DNA of 62,943 bases, counting the filler, from Catajapyx aquilonaris (lineage: Eukaryota), in assembly GCA_000934665.2 (NCBI GenBank). It is 2 parts of 2 records of this genome, joined end to end, with 100 filler letters (N's around TTAATTAATTAA, not from the genome) between each part and the next. Parts side by side here need not be neighbours in the genome. Positions count along the whole stretch, not along the records: positions 31,523 to 62,943 come from KZ539164.1; 1 more part is not named here. One strand, 5' to 3'. The stretch's first letter is position 1; each line of letters starts with the position of its first letter. Positions 46,901-59,622 of this stretch are shown piece by piece. The notes beneath the pieces were generated by a model. It saw nothing but the letters and a program-made list of their open reading frames with translations. It had not been told where the DNA came from and did not search any database. A program made the translations under genes and the position numbers.

Positions 46901-49900
46901 TATTCCAACTATTATTGTTTTCCCTCCCCACACTGCATAGTGGGGTAGGATTCTTCAGGTGAATAACCAGGATTAATCAAAATAGAGCTTTCTACAAAAT
47001 CAAACACCCTCAATGATTATGCAAAAATCCTGAAAATTTGTTGTTGTATTTTGTTTTTTTCCCAATCCATGCATTAGTCTGGATCTATGCATAAAATTAT
47101 TCCAGGCCACTGCGCTTTTTTAACAGAGCTTCCCGTATTGTACTGGAAGGTAAAAAAAATCTTCCAACAATGCATGGAATGCTTTTGGGGGTGTGAGTGG
47201 GGTGGGGGTGGGTGGGTAGGAGGGATGGGGTGAGGGGCATAGTGGGTGAGGAGGATACCACTTTTTTGCAAACAACCTGATTAAGTAATGATTCCATGAC
47301 TGCGTGGAAGAATCTGCGATTATTTGTCAGCCTCCATAAAATTTAGTTACCACAAAAAACGTATTGCTTGATCAAGTCTTCCATGATGCCACAGAATTTG
47401 CACCTGATTCTTAAAAAGTACAAATCATTATTATTTTATCCCTTTCAGTTACATTTCCATCTCCGACTAGTGCACATCTTACAACTGTACTCTTTCAAAT
47501 TTCCAGCCCCGTCGCTTGCATGCATATTTTCCCCTGCACGAAAATTTATCCGATCTGAGACTCAACCCTTCATAAAAATATAAATATGAAACCACACCTT
47601 ACACAATGTTTTTTTGTTTGTTTTTCATTTGTATTTTTTTTTCTCAACCTACTCAACACTCCATACTAAGCTGCAGCAAATTAAACATCACAGACTATCA
47701 CAGTTCTACCACTGCAGCTCAGTCAACCTACGATGTTATGCGCGCACAAAGTTTTGCATTACGTCTGTCGGCAATAAGAAATTGCATTACCTCCATAATG
47801 GGGAAGGGTCGATTCATAAGTGGAATCTCGAGTGAGAAATGGGGGTAGTATTATCTTTTTTATCTTTTGGCAAAAGCACCCTGGGTGTTAGGAACTTCTC
47901 TTCACCTTATTTTGCATATATCCTTCCAAGCACAAGTATCTGTGATGTGACACCAATTATACTAGAGTAACCTAATTGTCTCTGCACGTTTTTAACTTTT
48001 GCGTGTATTTGCACTACATTGAAAGTCTATTCACAAAAACTACACATCACACTACTTGTCCCAAATATTATACTCTCCTAAATTTAATTATTGCCAAACC
48101 ATTGGACTACCTATGACATTCTAGTGTTAACACAAATTTCTTTTCCATAAATTCTCATTTTGTCCTATCACTTTGCATACAGTTCTACATTGCAAAAATT
48201 GTGCATTGTCAACTAACATCTCAACACAGTTTAGACATTGCTCCGCTAACATTGTAGCGCACATTCTACAAAAACAAAAATTTTTGAACACTCAAGTACA
48301 AGCTATGGTTACTTTCTAGACTCAACTTGTGTTTTGGAAAGGACCAACACCAGCCCCAATAGTGATTCCAGTTATAGAAACCGACCCTTTTTGAAGAGAG
48401 AACATTTTCCTGATGATTTATTTTTTTTTTGTCTGTGAGAAAACACTTCAACAGCCATGTAGGAACACATCATTGCATTTTCTGGGTTTCTTTGCCTTAA
48501 GCCTCGTCTGTACCTCTCCACAAGCAGGTGCCGTTAGGAAATGGGGATTGGCATCATGTTTGAAAAATAAAAGCAAGTAACATGGTGGGGAGCATGAGAC
48601 GAGTGCTCAAAAACACCTCACAAACCTCGGCAAATGGAAAAGAAAGACTCTTTAAAAAAATAAGAGAACACTGTACAAATGTAAGGCCGCCACCAGGAAA
48701 ACTGTCCTTTGACCCCATCATTGCAGATAAAGTGTCAGCCAATCAATGTTAAAACTCTCCGCTCATCTTCGCCCTTCATTACGACCTGTCCAGTTTCAAA
48801 TCGGTTATCATTCAGAAATGAACTTTTCCCCTTCATTTGCAAAAATATGGTTCTTACTGATTTTCTCCTTAAGTCCTAGGATTATTGGCTCACTATGGCT
48901 ACTTTACAGTGCTTCCTGGATTAACTACCACGAGAAAAAAACAAGGGATCATTATGGCAGTATAAAAACAAACCTTTAACAAAATAAAAAAAAGGAGAAA
49001 AGCAAAACCTAGGAACTATATCTAAATGATCGCTACAAACTGGGCGCTCTAACTTTTTTTTTCTTTTTCTTTCACTGGGAGTACAAATGGCAACCATTGA
49101 ATCAAAGTTGTGTTAAGTTTTGGTGTTTGGCCGAAGTGTGACCGAGAGCAAACGATGGTAAGTGCATGATATACAGCATTGTAATGCCGATGTCACTGGT
49201 TCCTTGAAAACAAAACTGGGAGAATAAAAAAAAACACCTTTCTGCATATAAACAGCACTAGAATTTGCCTTCACTGGGTATGTGTGTTTGTGTTCCACTA
49301 TGCAAAAATCTTTCTATCATTTATATACTACTATGGTCCTGCAGTGCATCTTCAGTTTCAAAATTTAACACTATTCGGATATAAGTGGACGGGTACACCA
49401 AAAACGATGGAACTACTTCAACAGTTAAGATGCACGGTCTCTTTTGTCTGAAGACAGTTCTACCTGAGCAACAGTACAGTGGCTATCATTCTGGAGGCAA
49501 CTCTTTTTTTTACATTATAGATATATAATTTATATATATTTATATATATATCAACATCACATTGGTTTCATGTCAGAAACGCTGAACTACCTGTCACATC
49601 GGTTAATTATGTCATTAACACTGGGGGGTATATACACACAACTTCGGCTACACTTTTACAAGCCTATTATTGCCTCCACTGCAACTTTTATTTTTATCTT
49701 TTAAATACTTTTGCATTGAAAATACAGCATGCTTTTTTGAACCTAGAGAACATCGCTGTCATTTGCTGTCGACACAACTTCGGCTCACTAACATGCGTGC
49801 GTTTACGAAATATTTCAACAAAAGATTGTGTTATAAATAATGGCTATCTTTGCTAAATCAAAAAAAGAAAACCAAACTTGTCAATTTTTCATAAATCCCC

Positions 49901-52900
49901 TTTCCTTTAAATTCCCTTTACCGTAATTTTTTTTGTTAATCCTTGCTTTTAAAAACATCAGACCTTCCTTTCAAACAGTCAAAAGTAAGAAAGATCAGCT
50001 AACCAGCAAGGCAATGCCAAAAAAGCACCACCAACGTTTTGGGTATAACTCACAGGAACTGTCGAGTAGCTGACTAGTCACACACAACTAAACAAAGTGT
50101 GTGACAAGTGTATAATTATTACCTAAGTTTTATATATATAGATATATATATATTTATCCCTCTTTTATTTTTTTCCACCGGTATTTTTTCACGTAGATTT
50201 TTCTGTCAATTAATGGCATCACACAAACTAACAGTACAGTTAACAGCCTCGAAACAATTAACAGTCGGAGGCGCTGCCATTTGCTTTCTTTCAAAATCCT
50301 CTTGTTGAACTATACAAATCACTTATTCGAGGTGTGGGGCGGGGAGGGGGTACAAAAAAAATTGGGTCATTTTTCCTTCGCAAGCTGCTACACGACCTAA
50401 AATCTAACCCCGCATTTTTCAGACACCAAGCTAAGTCACTACACACTGAATCCCATATCTAAGTGTGCTTAATTTACTTCAATCCCCTCCCCTCTAGAAT
50501 TTACGTCCAGGTTTTTCAGAGGAGACAGGAACACTGTTCAGCCATTATTTTTAATGTAATTTTTTTTGGTGTTTTTGCATTTTGTTCTTTTGGATTGGGG
50601 ATTTGTGACCAAAGTCCGTGTAACTATCTGGGTACTTTAGTTTCTTACATGCTCCCTCTAGAATCTGCCCTGTCCTCAAAAGCATGATGCCATGCCCTTG
50701 GTGTCACTAATACTGTAAAAATGCACAAATCTCACAAGTTACCTCAGGTGCCCTCCCAGATTCTTTTTTCCGCAATAATTTTTCACCGCCTTTATGGGGA
50801 GGGGGATAATCCTGGGGGGGCTTAACTATCACAACAACAACCACATTTGTGTCTAAAAACGTTGGCCAATCCTGTCTTTGCTTACAAAGTGGACTGTGAT
50901 ATATTTCACCTTTGCTTATGTCAGGTCTAACTCATGGAAAAGCAAATCAGTCTGCCCAAAATAAACAAAAAAAAAATCAATCGTGGCTCAATTAAGGGAA
51001 TGCATCCAAATTATTTTAACTGGTACTCATTTTCTTGGATTCTCTCTACACTTTTTGTTTGGATTTTTTTTTAAATTACTGGGGCAGGGTTTTTTTTTTT
51101 TCTTTGTTCCTCAAAGGAAATAAATTAGCTACCTATTCCCAACCCCAATACTTTCTCTATCGTTTTTTTTTTGGAGGGCCAGTTTTTGAAGTATTACTTC
51201 CTTGCGTTTGGAAGATCTATCAAAACACGTTTCTAACAGTTGAATCACAGAATGTCATATTCAAATGAATCACAAAAATAACATAAAAAGCTTTTCTCTC
51301 ATACCAATTCCTCAAAGTGCAAACGTAAAATGGTAGCTGTTACTATTATCACAGAAAAGTAATTAGTTTTCCCCAAGATGACATTTTTCACGTAACAAAA
51401 AACTAACATGAACATGAAGGTTTTGTTGCTAATCTTCTAAAAATATTTTTACCTCTAGGAAAAACCTCCACGACTAAAATTTAAACACAAAGAGTATCAT
51501 CAGTGTTCACAAACACAAAAAAAAAAATTTAACCCAATACCTTCAGACTAGAAAATTAGTCACAAGAAGCCCTTTTCTCAAGAAAGCAACAAATTTGAAA
51601 TGTGTCAACGTTGGCAATTTTTTCTCCCTAGGCATATAGTGTAGGTAATAAAAGCGTATAATTTAATATTGCTTTCGAGTTTCTCCATAATAGTCTCAAA
51701 TTTTCAACAACTCTCGGTTTCAGTTACTCTAGCCTTTGCCTTATTAAACCCTCTCAGTTAACAAATTTCCGTAATTTCAACCTGTTCAGGTGACTTCTCT
51801 CGAAAAGGACAGATGCGTGATTTTATGTGCCAGGAGATTTTGGTTCACTTGCATATGGATTCCGAAACATTTCACTGGGATAAACATCTCTCAAGACATA
51901 ACAATGCCAATTTTAAAAATAGAAATTTACAATTTCCTTCTTACGCTATAATATAATTTATACAGATGTGCATTTCCAAATATAGCTTAATCGAATACCA
52001 ATGATTGCCACCATTCTCTCACCTAATAGGAATTTATAATTTTCTTTTCTTTTGTCCATGAAGGAATAATATGTGTTGGCCACATAATCTGTCAATCATA
52101 TCCTGGCAGCGGCAGGCCCCGCAGAGTGTACTAACCTGCACCAGTATGCTGCCCTTTTGGTTCCTTAACGATCTACAGCAGTAGCAAGCATGCTCTCACA
52201 ACCAAACGCCAATTTGTATCAACCAAACATATATCAAATACGTACAAACAATATGAAGCACCAAACAGCACCAAGACATTAAACTGACTTGATGAATGAA
52301 ATTTGAATTCAACAGAAAATTTCACATTATCACATCCCTCGTATCAGCCTTGTCGAATTAATATTTCTTAAGACTGCAAGAGGACTGTACCGCCATTACT
52401 TGGAAAGTGTCGGCTCCTTTTTGCACAAGATTGCCTTTGAAACGCGATGCAAAGGACAGTTTGCACAGGTCCGATGCTGAGCACTAAATATCATGAGTGA
52501 ACTAGTAAAATAATGCAGTGCCCTGGGCAAGGGGTTTCCTGTTAGCATAAATTACATTGCATGAATGCATGCAATCTCCATTAGGACTAAAAGCAGTCCT
52601 GAGTGAGTGCATGCAATGTTGAACATTCATCAGCTCGTAGATTCTCTTTTGCAAGAGAAGTAAATTCCTGTGCATCCATGTTCTCATGAGGTAATGTTTA
52701 ACCTTGACCACATATATTTACATACAAAATTGAGTTCTTCAATATAAACTGCAAAAGTAGTGGGAACTGCCTCACTCTTTTTTTGTACTACAGCATCTAT
52801 AAATGTGTGAGCATCCAGCACAGTTGAAGTTTTTCATCTGTTAAAACCTCCTCTCTGTTACATTTCTAGAGCAACCATGTGCAAATTGTCAACACAACCT

Positions 52901-53394
52901 TCCTGAACAAGTCGTCACCTGTAAACCAATTAGTGGCATAATCAGGACATCCACATTTTGAAAATATATAATTTTGAGCTAAATAAAATTTTAGGTACCT
53001 AAACTCATCACTAAACAATATTTTTAGCACCACTCAAATGTTTTTTAAATTTCTCCTAAACCTAAGGGACAGCATATATGGTGGCAGACACCGGATATAT
53101 GTGCACTATATTTGCAATTACCACTGGTTCGTATTATCACCTTGTAAGTACTTAGCTGTACCTGCACAGATTTGACAGAATATATTGCCACTGCACATCT
53201 GCAGCATACAATGCTGTTTTAATTGACTTTCCATCTAGAAGAAAACTCCCCTTATTCTCATAAAAATCTCACCCTGGAATCCGATACAAACCAAAACCTC
53301 CTTAGCACCTTAGGAAAAAGCCGGAACATTTCATATTTCATCCCCCTTTCACCTTCCCGCGACCAAACCGTTTCCAACAACATTCTCCATTAAA

Positions 53395-54075
53395 TTATTG
53401 CTGTGATTGCGTAGATTGCGCGTCGACCGCTGCGCTGACAGGTGGCGGCAGAAACTTCTTGACATACTTTGGGTAGTGTGTCTTCTCGTGGGCCTTGAGT
53501 ATGGTGCTCCTGCTGAACGTCTTTCCACATAGGGCACACTTGAACGGCCGCTCTCCTGTGTGGACCCGCGCGTGATCCTTCATATGATGGCGAAGCTTGA
53601 ATGCCTTTCCGCAGAACTCACACTTGAAAGGCCGGTCTCCCGTGTGGACTGGGAGGTGCTGGATGAGTGAGGAGACATCCGGGAAGCTCTTCCCACAAAA
53701 CTTGCAGAGGACCACGTTCGACTGCCCTTCGTTACCGGTGCTGAAGTCCACCTCCACCGGTTGTAGTGGTGGAGGTGGCGGTGGTAATAGTGATGCGGCT
53801 TCATATATATCCTGGGCCAGGTTCAGTGCTTCGAGTTTCACCAGCGGGGGTGGTGGTTGCTGCGGCGGTGGTGTCAACGGAGGTGGGGGAATGGGAGGTG
53901 GTAGGTGTTGTTCGCGGTACTTGAGCGTTTCGAGGCTGTGCGATAGGATGTGTCGCGTCAGCTTGCTCTGGCTTGGGAAAGAGTGCCCGCAGTACATGCA
54001 CGGGTATGTGGAAGCGGTAGTAGTGGTAGCAACGGGCGACCGCAAGTGAGACTGATCCCCCACCTCGGCGGGCTC
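53395..54075 (-). CDS. mamo: BTB-ZF gene, proximal alternative terminal exon (4 C2H2 fingers)
   Basis: TTTGCAG|GAG acceptor, phase 0. Fingers YPCMYC, VLCKFC, FKCEFC and FKCALC, then a TAA stop. Confidence 0.88.
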   Translation of the reverse strand, partial: EPAEVGDQSHLRSPVATTTTASTYPCMYCGHSFPSQSKLTRHILSHSLETLKYREQHLPPPIPPPPLTPPPQQPPPPLVKLEALNLAQDIYEAASLLPPPPPPLQPVEVDFSTGNEGQSNVVLCKFCGKSFPDVSSLIQHLPVHTGDRPFKCEFCGKAFKLRHHMKDHARVHTGERPFKCALCGKTFSRSTILKAHEKTHYPKYVKKFLPPPVSAAVDAQSTQSQQ

Positions 54076-55942
54076 CTGCAAAAACATAGGGGGAAGAGCA
54101 ATGAGACCATCAACTTCTTGATCATTTTATTTTATTTTATTTTGCTTTGCTTTCGCTTTATGGCTTTTTTTTGCAGGTGAAATGCAGCTAATGGGTCGGG
54201 TAATAATTTGTCGCTGGCAGGCCCACAAGTTTGGGGGTGTGAAGGTTGACAACCAAGAAGTTGACGCTCATTTGTCCCAATTTTTTTGGCAGGAGGCCCT
54301 CTTTCATCATTTAATTTTTTTTCTCTGAATTATTATTTTCCATCTCACATTTTGACACATGTACTGAAAGTAATGAGCGATAATTTTTTTTTTGTAACAG
54401 GAAAAACTGATAACATGTGGACATGCCTGAGACGGATACACAAGCAATGGGGGGAAAGGTGTAAATGTGTTACGTGTGTAATCTCAACAAGTCTCATCTA
54501 TGAGGTTGACATCAGAGTTGCACAAGGGCAACAAAATATTCAAAAAGGGAGCCCCGCCCAGACTCCCTTTGAGCCTACCACCCTAAGGGCAAGTGGCACG
54601 CAAAGATATGGACCAGAGGGGAAGAGAGACGCAATAATGACTTGGCTTAATCAAGTGTACGCCCCAAGGCCAATGATCCCTGGCCCAGTGCTGGACCAAA
54701 CATCAGACACACCTGCCCCTGACATTGCTGTGTCCGTCCGTAACCACAGCAATTTTTTGGCAGGAGTATAGCGTATGGTATGTTTGGTCCAGCAGTGGGA
54801 CAAGTGTCTCAGTACATATGGGGTGTACACATGAATAACCATCTTGATTCCCAAGTCATTACTACCTCTCATTTTTCCATTCACCTGTCCTCTTTATCTC
54901 ATATCCCTGTATGTTACATGCCCTTATGGTGCCACATTATGATTGCGCCCAAAGAGTTTGGGCTAAGTTCCCTAGTAAAATATTTTCTGGCACTTCTGCA
55001 TATCTCATGCAGATGTCAACCAAATTGCAGTCACTGGAAGGTGAAACTTGTCCAGATTTTTTTGCTAATTTATTCTTTGGCTTATTAATAATTATATCTG
55101 CTTCAATTTGACTAGCTCACTTTCATTTGAATGAAACAACACTTGCACACTTTGAATTAGTAAAGAATAGGCAGTTGTGTGTATATAAGAACTAAAATAT
55201 TATTTTGATGCACCTGAAGAATGTAGTAATACAATAATGCATGTCCACATGAGCCTAAGGTGTAATACCCCAATGGGTGACATAAAAAAATTACTGTGGT
55301 GCAAGTGCAACATTAGTAGTTGAACTGGGTCACAAGTACTTGACTAATAATCCTGCTCTTTAATCATCCCAATAACTTCCAGTACACAGCTCATATGTGA
55401 AGTAAAAGAAAAATCATTAAACAAACATGTGAGTTAGGTGAGGGATTCATTTTTTCTTAATGTCAAGAGTCGAATTTAAAAAAAAAAAAAAATCAAACTG
55501 GGGAGGAGAGATGTAACCCGTGTCATGCACTGGTAGGGACCTCCAGACCCAAACTCAGCTCAGAGGTACACCCATGGTTAATTTAAATGCAAATGCGGTA
55601 ATACATACACAGAAATTTAATCTGTGAGATTTTTTTCCCCCTCTCTGGACTGAGATTGGACTCTTGGGAGTACACGGTAGGCAAATGACTGTCAACTTCT
55701 TTGTTATTCTCAGCCAGGTTTGGGTTTCGTATCATCACAAGTGGCTGGAGGGAGGTGATTTTTTCCTGGTTACCTAACATATTCACGGGTACATAACCCG
55801 ATGAACTTGCAGTACAAGCACAGAAGCACAAACACAAAAGTCAATAATTAAAAACGCATGCTTTTTCCACCCACACAAGAGAGATAAGGAATAAAAGTCA
55901 TTCTTACTTAACAAACACACATGGTATCCAAGTAAAACTTAC

Positions 55943-56041
55943 TTGATCTGGAAGCTCTCGAAACTCGGAACTCTCCCCAGTGTTGCTTCTCTCATCACCT
56001 CCTCCCACCTGCCGATTCCAGTCAGTCTCTTTCTTCAGTGA
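55943..56041 (-). CDS. mamo: BTB-ZF gene, small common exon (33 aa; not in ORF track)
   Basis: TTTTGCAG|TCA CTG AAG AAA GAG ... GAT CAA|GTAAGT, encoding SLKKETDWNRQVGGGDERSNTGESSEFRELPDQ, phase 0/0. Confidence 0.8.
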
Positions 56042-56699
56042 CTGCAAAACATGAGAAACTCCAGGTTAAACACAATCATTACACGCGGCCATGAAATGAC
56101 ATGAGCACTATGAACTAATCTAGGCACAAAATGTCTGACGTATTATTTATGGATAATATTTACATTTCTCATTCTTGTGATGAACACCTGTCCTTGTTTC
56201 AATAAATAATCTTGTGCACAGCAATCTTGAGCACAGGGTTGAAATGACTATAATGAAGAAAACAAAAATGTGTCCTTTAGGATGGCAGGATGCAAAATTT
56301 CAGCTATAGTGCATGTACAGCAGCTCAAAACTTTCATTTACATCCATTTATGGACCTCCCGATACTTTAGGAAGCACTATTATCAAAGCAAATATCAACT
56401 AGTCGCAATTTTTTTAATGATGCGCATTTTGGTACACTGACAGTGAGTAGTGCAACACAACATTTATATGCTAATTGGTAGAAAATAGCAGATAACATGC
56501 CTAGGCTATCTGTTCCCTTGTTATTAAATATTTTTTTGTTCTTTCTGGTGTCTCAATGTCATACTGGAAATATGCTTCTTCACCTACCCAAGAAATACAT
56601 AACAAAGCTACTTCAGACATTGCACACTGACACTCAGATCCTCGCCTTCACTCCATAGTATTATCATGGTGAAAAAGAGGGCAGACAATAATTGGATGG

Positions 56700-57320
56700 T
56701 GTTATGCAACAAGGAACCAACCCTCATTTTTTTCAAAATTTCCATATTGTGCATTGCTGACCAGCTAACAGCTTCACACGTATCCTGCAATAAAGAACCA
56801 AGCTTGCCATGCATGGTGCTGCCCTGTAGAGGGGCACGAACCAAGCTACACCACTGTGGTTGACTATGACGTGTACTGCAACAAGGAACCAACACACACA
56901 CAGCATACCGGTAGTATGGGTTTGGTTCCTTTTTGCAGAACGTAGAGAGTTTGACCTTTATGATAATAGTAGAAACATACGTCAATGCAGGATATTAGGG
57001 CATACTGTATGGTGTTTACAATACTATTGACAGGGTAAGTAATATGACTTCCAGACATGTTACATTAAACAAATGAGAACCAGCCCTCATGTAGGAGTTT
57101 ACGCATTACGCAAAAGAGAACCAACCCTCATTTCGGGGGTTTACCGTTACCTACTAGAATGGTCTGATATTTCTCAAACACCTTGATTTAAGTTGTAATG
57201 ATACCTATGTTCTATGCAGAGGACTTTATGAATATTTTAATACCCCCTTTTTTAAAGACAGATTAAACTTCACTGTACTTTCTGCACAATCATACTTCTG
57301 TTGGTTGGTTCCTTGTTGCA
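56700..57320. repeat. Dispersed direct/inverted short repeats (probable decayed TIR element)
   Basis: TGCAACAAGGAACCAAC-like motif at about 56705, 56787, 56877 and 57110, and inverted at about 56922 and 57304. Confidence 0.5.
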
Positions 57321-58770
57321 TACACCATCCAAATACAGTACGTTGCAAGACTCCAAAGCATTCACTACAATATTGGTGATGTCTTTGCTTCAACGTGAGT
57401 GTATAATAGCGCACATGAAGATCATAATATCCACTATTGTACAGTTGCATTTGAATCAACATCACCAGTTTTTCAATGAAATTGTTGTATAATTGCAATT
57501 ATGAATAGTCGACCTATTTTTGGCTGCCAATAACTGCCTCTTTGTACACCGAAGGCTCAGTGTAATCAGAGGTGCAATAAGAAACATCCTTGCCAGATGC
57601 CTAGACTATGCACCGCTCCTCAAGCCTTTTTATTACCAGTCACAATATCAAAACTTTGAACATTTTAATTGCACCACAGGTTATTGTTATTACATTATAC
57701 CTAATACATCAGAACAATCCGCCTAGTTTTTCCACAAAAATCGATGATCTACTAAGGGTTTAAGAAGTTTCATTCTTGTTAAACCCTCAGCAGCAGTCTT
57801 CATTGGCCTATCCTGGCTTTAACAGTTAACAAGCATGTTAATTATTGTGATTAGTTGGATAATGCAGCTTACACGGTTATTGAAAAATGCACTGATAAAA
57901 TGCACCAAAGTAGGAACGCAAGCAAAAGCTGGGAAGTGGTAAGTTACATGGCAATTATTTGATTTTTAGCATATATTTTAATACAGATATAATTTTCTCC
58001 TATTTTGCTTAGCATCACCATGCAATTTATAAACTGTGGAGAAAAACTCTTTATCACCTGCTCAACTGAAGCTAAACTTTTATTCGTTCACATTTATACT
58101 GCAATTCATCTTGGAGCAGAAATCAATGTTTCCTTTTAAGCAGCTTCAGGCAACATTCTCTAAATTAATTTTTTTTTTATTTTTAGTGAAGCATGTCCAG
58201 GATCAATATGTCAATATCAATATTGCAATATTTGTCCCTTTGGACCCACAGGTTAATGGCTGTTGGTCAAAAGAGCAATTCCAATTCCTCCAAAATGACC
58301 AAAATTCAAAGGCATCATGGGTCCTTTGATATACCATGATCTCACTGCATGCATGTCTACTAGTTAATCCAACCATCTGGCCCTGCAAGCATGTCTTTCT
58401 TTGAATGAACAGTAATAATTAATCCTAATTATTGTCCTATTGTACACAAATGCAATGTTAAAAGATGCCATGGGCCCTTGCAGCTGGTATAATTTGTGAA
58501 ACCCTATACTTTTCATGGATTGAAATACAGCATTCTGACATCGTCATTTCAGTAACATGCTTGAATAAGGTTATCCGCAATAAAATGTACAGTATGCAGA
58601 TCATCTACACTTCTACAGAGTGAATGGACCGAATCAGCCACGGCAAAGGTTAGAGGCAAAGATTTTCATTATTAAAGCAACCACATGCTTCCCAAGTAAG
58701 GCAGGTTACAATAGCGCATGAATTTATTAAAATATAAAAGCAAGTAAAGCGATTTCAAAGGAAAGTGTAC

Positions 58771-59622
58771 CAGTGGTGCATGTTGAATCTGAGAGGCCAT
58801 CCCCGAGGGTCCCGGCATGGGGTCGCTTCCTCCTCTCTCCACCACCACCCCCCTCTCCATCCTGTCTGGCCCTCCCCTCTCCCTCTCTCGCTCTACACTT
58901 CCTCCGGTAACACTTCTCGGTGAAGAGGGAACTGTGGGGGTGTCGCTTCGCATTGATGCCTCTTCCATCGCCATGCTGTCCTCCCCATCAGTGCTCTCCC
59001 CCGAGTCGCTGTGCGGCCCTGTGTTTCCTGACTGTGGCGGGGGTGGCTTCAGCCGCAGTCGCTTTGCATGTGACTGTGGTGACATATCCCTGGGGATGTC
59101 TTCCCCGAGCCTCTTGTCACCACCAGAAGAGGATGCCGTGGAGCTCCCAGAAGACATTTGCAGCGCTCCCTGACCACCCCCTGATCCACTCCCCGGCCCT
59201 GCCCCTGCCCCTGTGGTGGCAGACAGGTCAGCTGGTGCATCTGCTGCCTGATGGTGGTGCACCCCAGTCATCTCGGCCAACCCCTTGACCTTGAGGCTCT
59301 CAGCGGTCTTGAGCAGGGTGCTCAGCTGGCTGTACTCAACGTTGACCTCACCCTTATACATGAACTCGAGCAGTATCTTGAGTTCAGCGTATTTCATGTC
59401 CTTCAGGATCACGATGGGATGCCTGTCCGGGTGGTCGGTGAACAGGCTCTGGAAGTAGGAGGAGCACGCGGAGAGGACCACCTTGTGGGCGCGGACGGAG
59501 GGCCCGGCATCGCAGGCCAGGGTGACGTCCACCAGGGACTCGTCCTGGAGCAGCTGGCTGAACACGCCCAGGAGGTTGCTCTGGTGATTGTTCCACCTCA
59601 GGCAGTAGTGCTCACTGCCCAT
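58771..59622 (-). CDS. mamo: BTB-ZF gene, first coding exon with ttk-type BTB/POZ domain
   Basis: MGSEHYCLRWNNHQSNLLGVFSQLLQDESLVDVTLAC..AHKVVLSACS..LKTAESLKVKGLA matches my recollection of the Mamo N-terminus (symbol not verified by search). Contains a PADLS motif. Donor CTG|GTACAC, phase 0. Confidence 0.9.
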
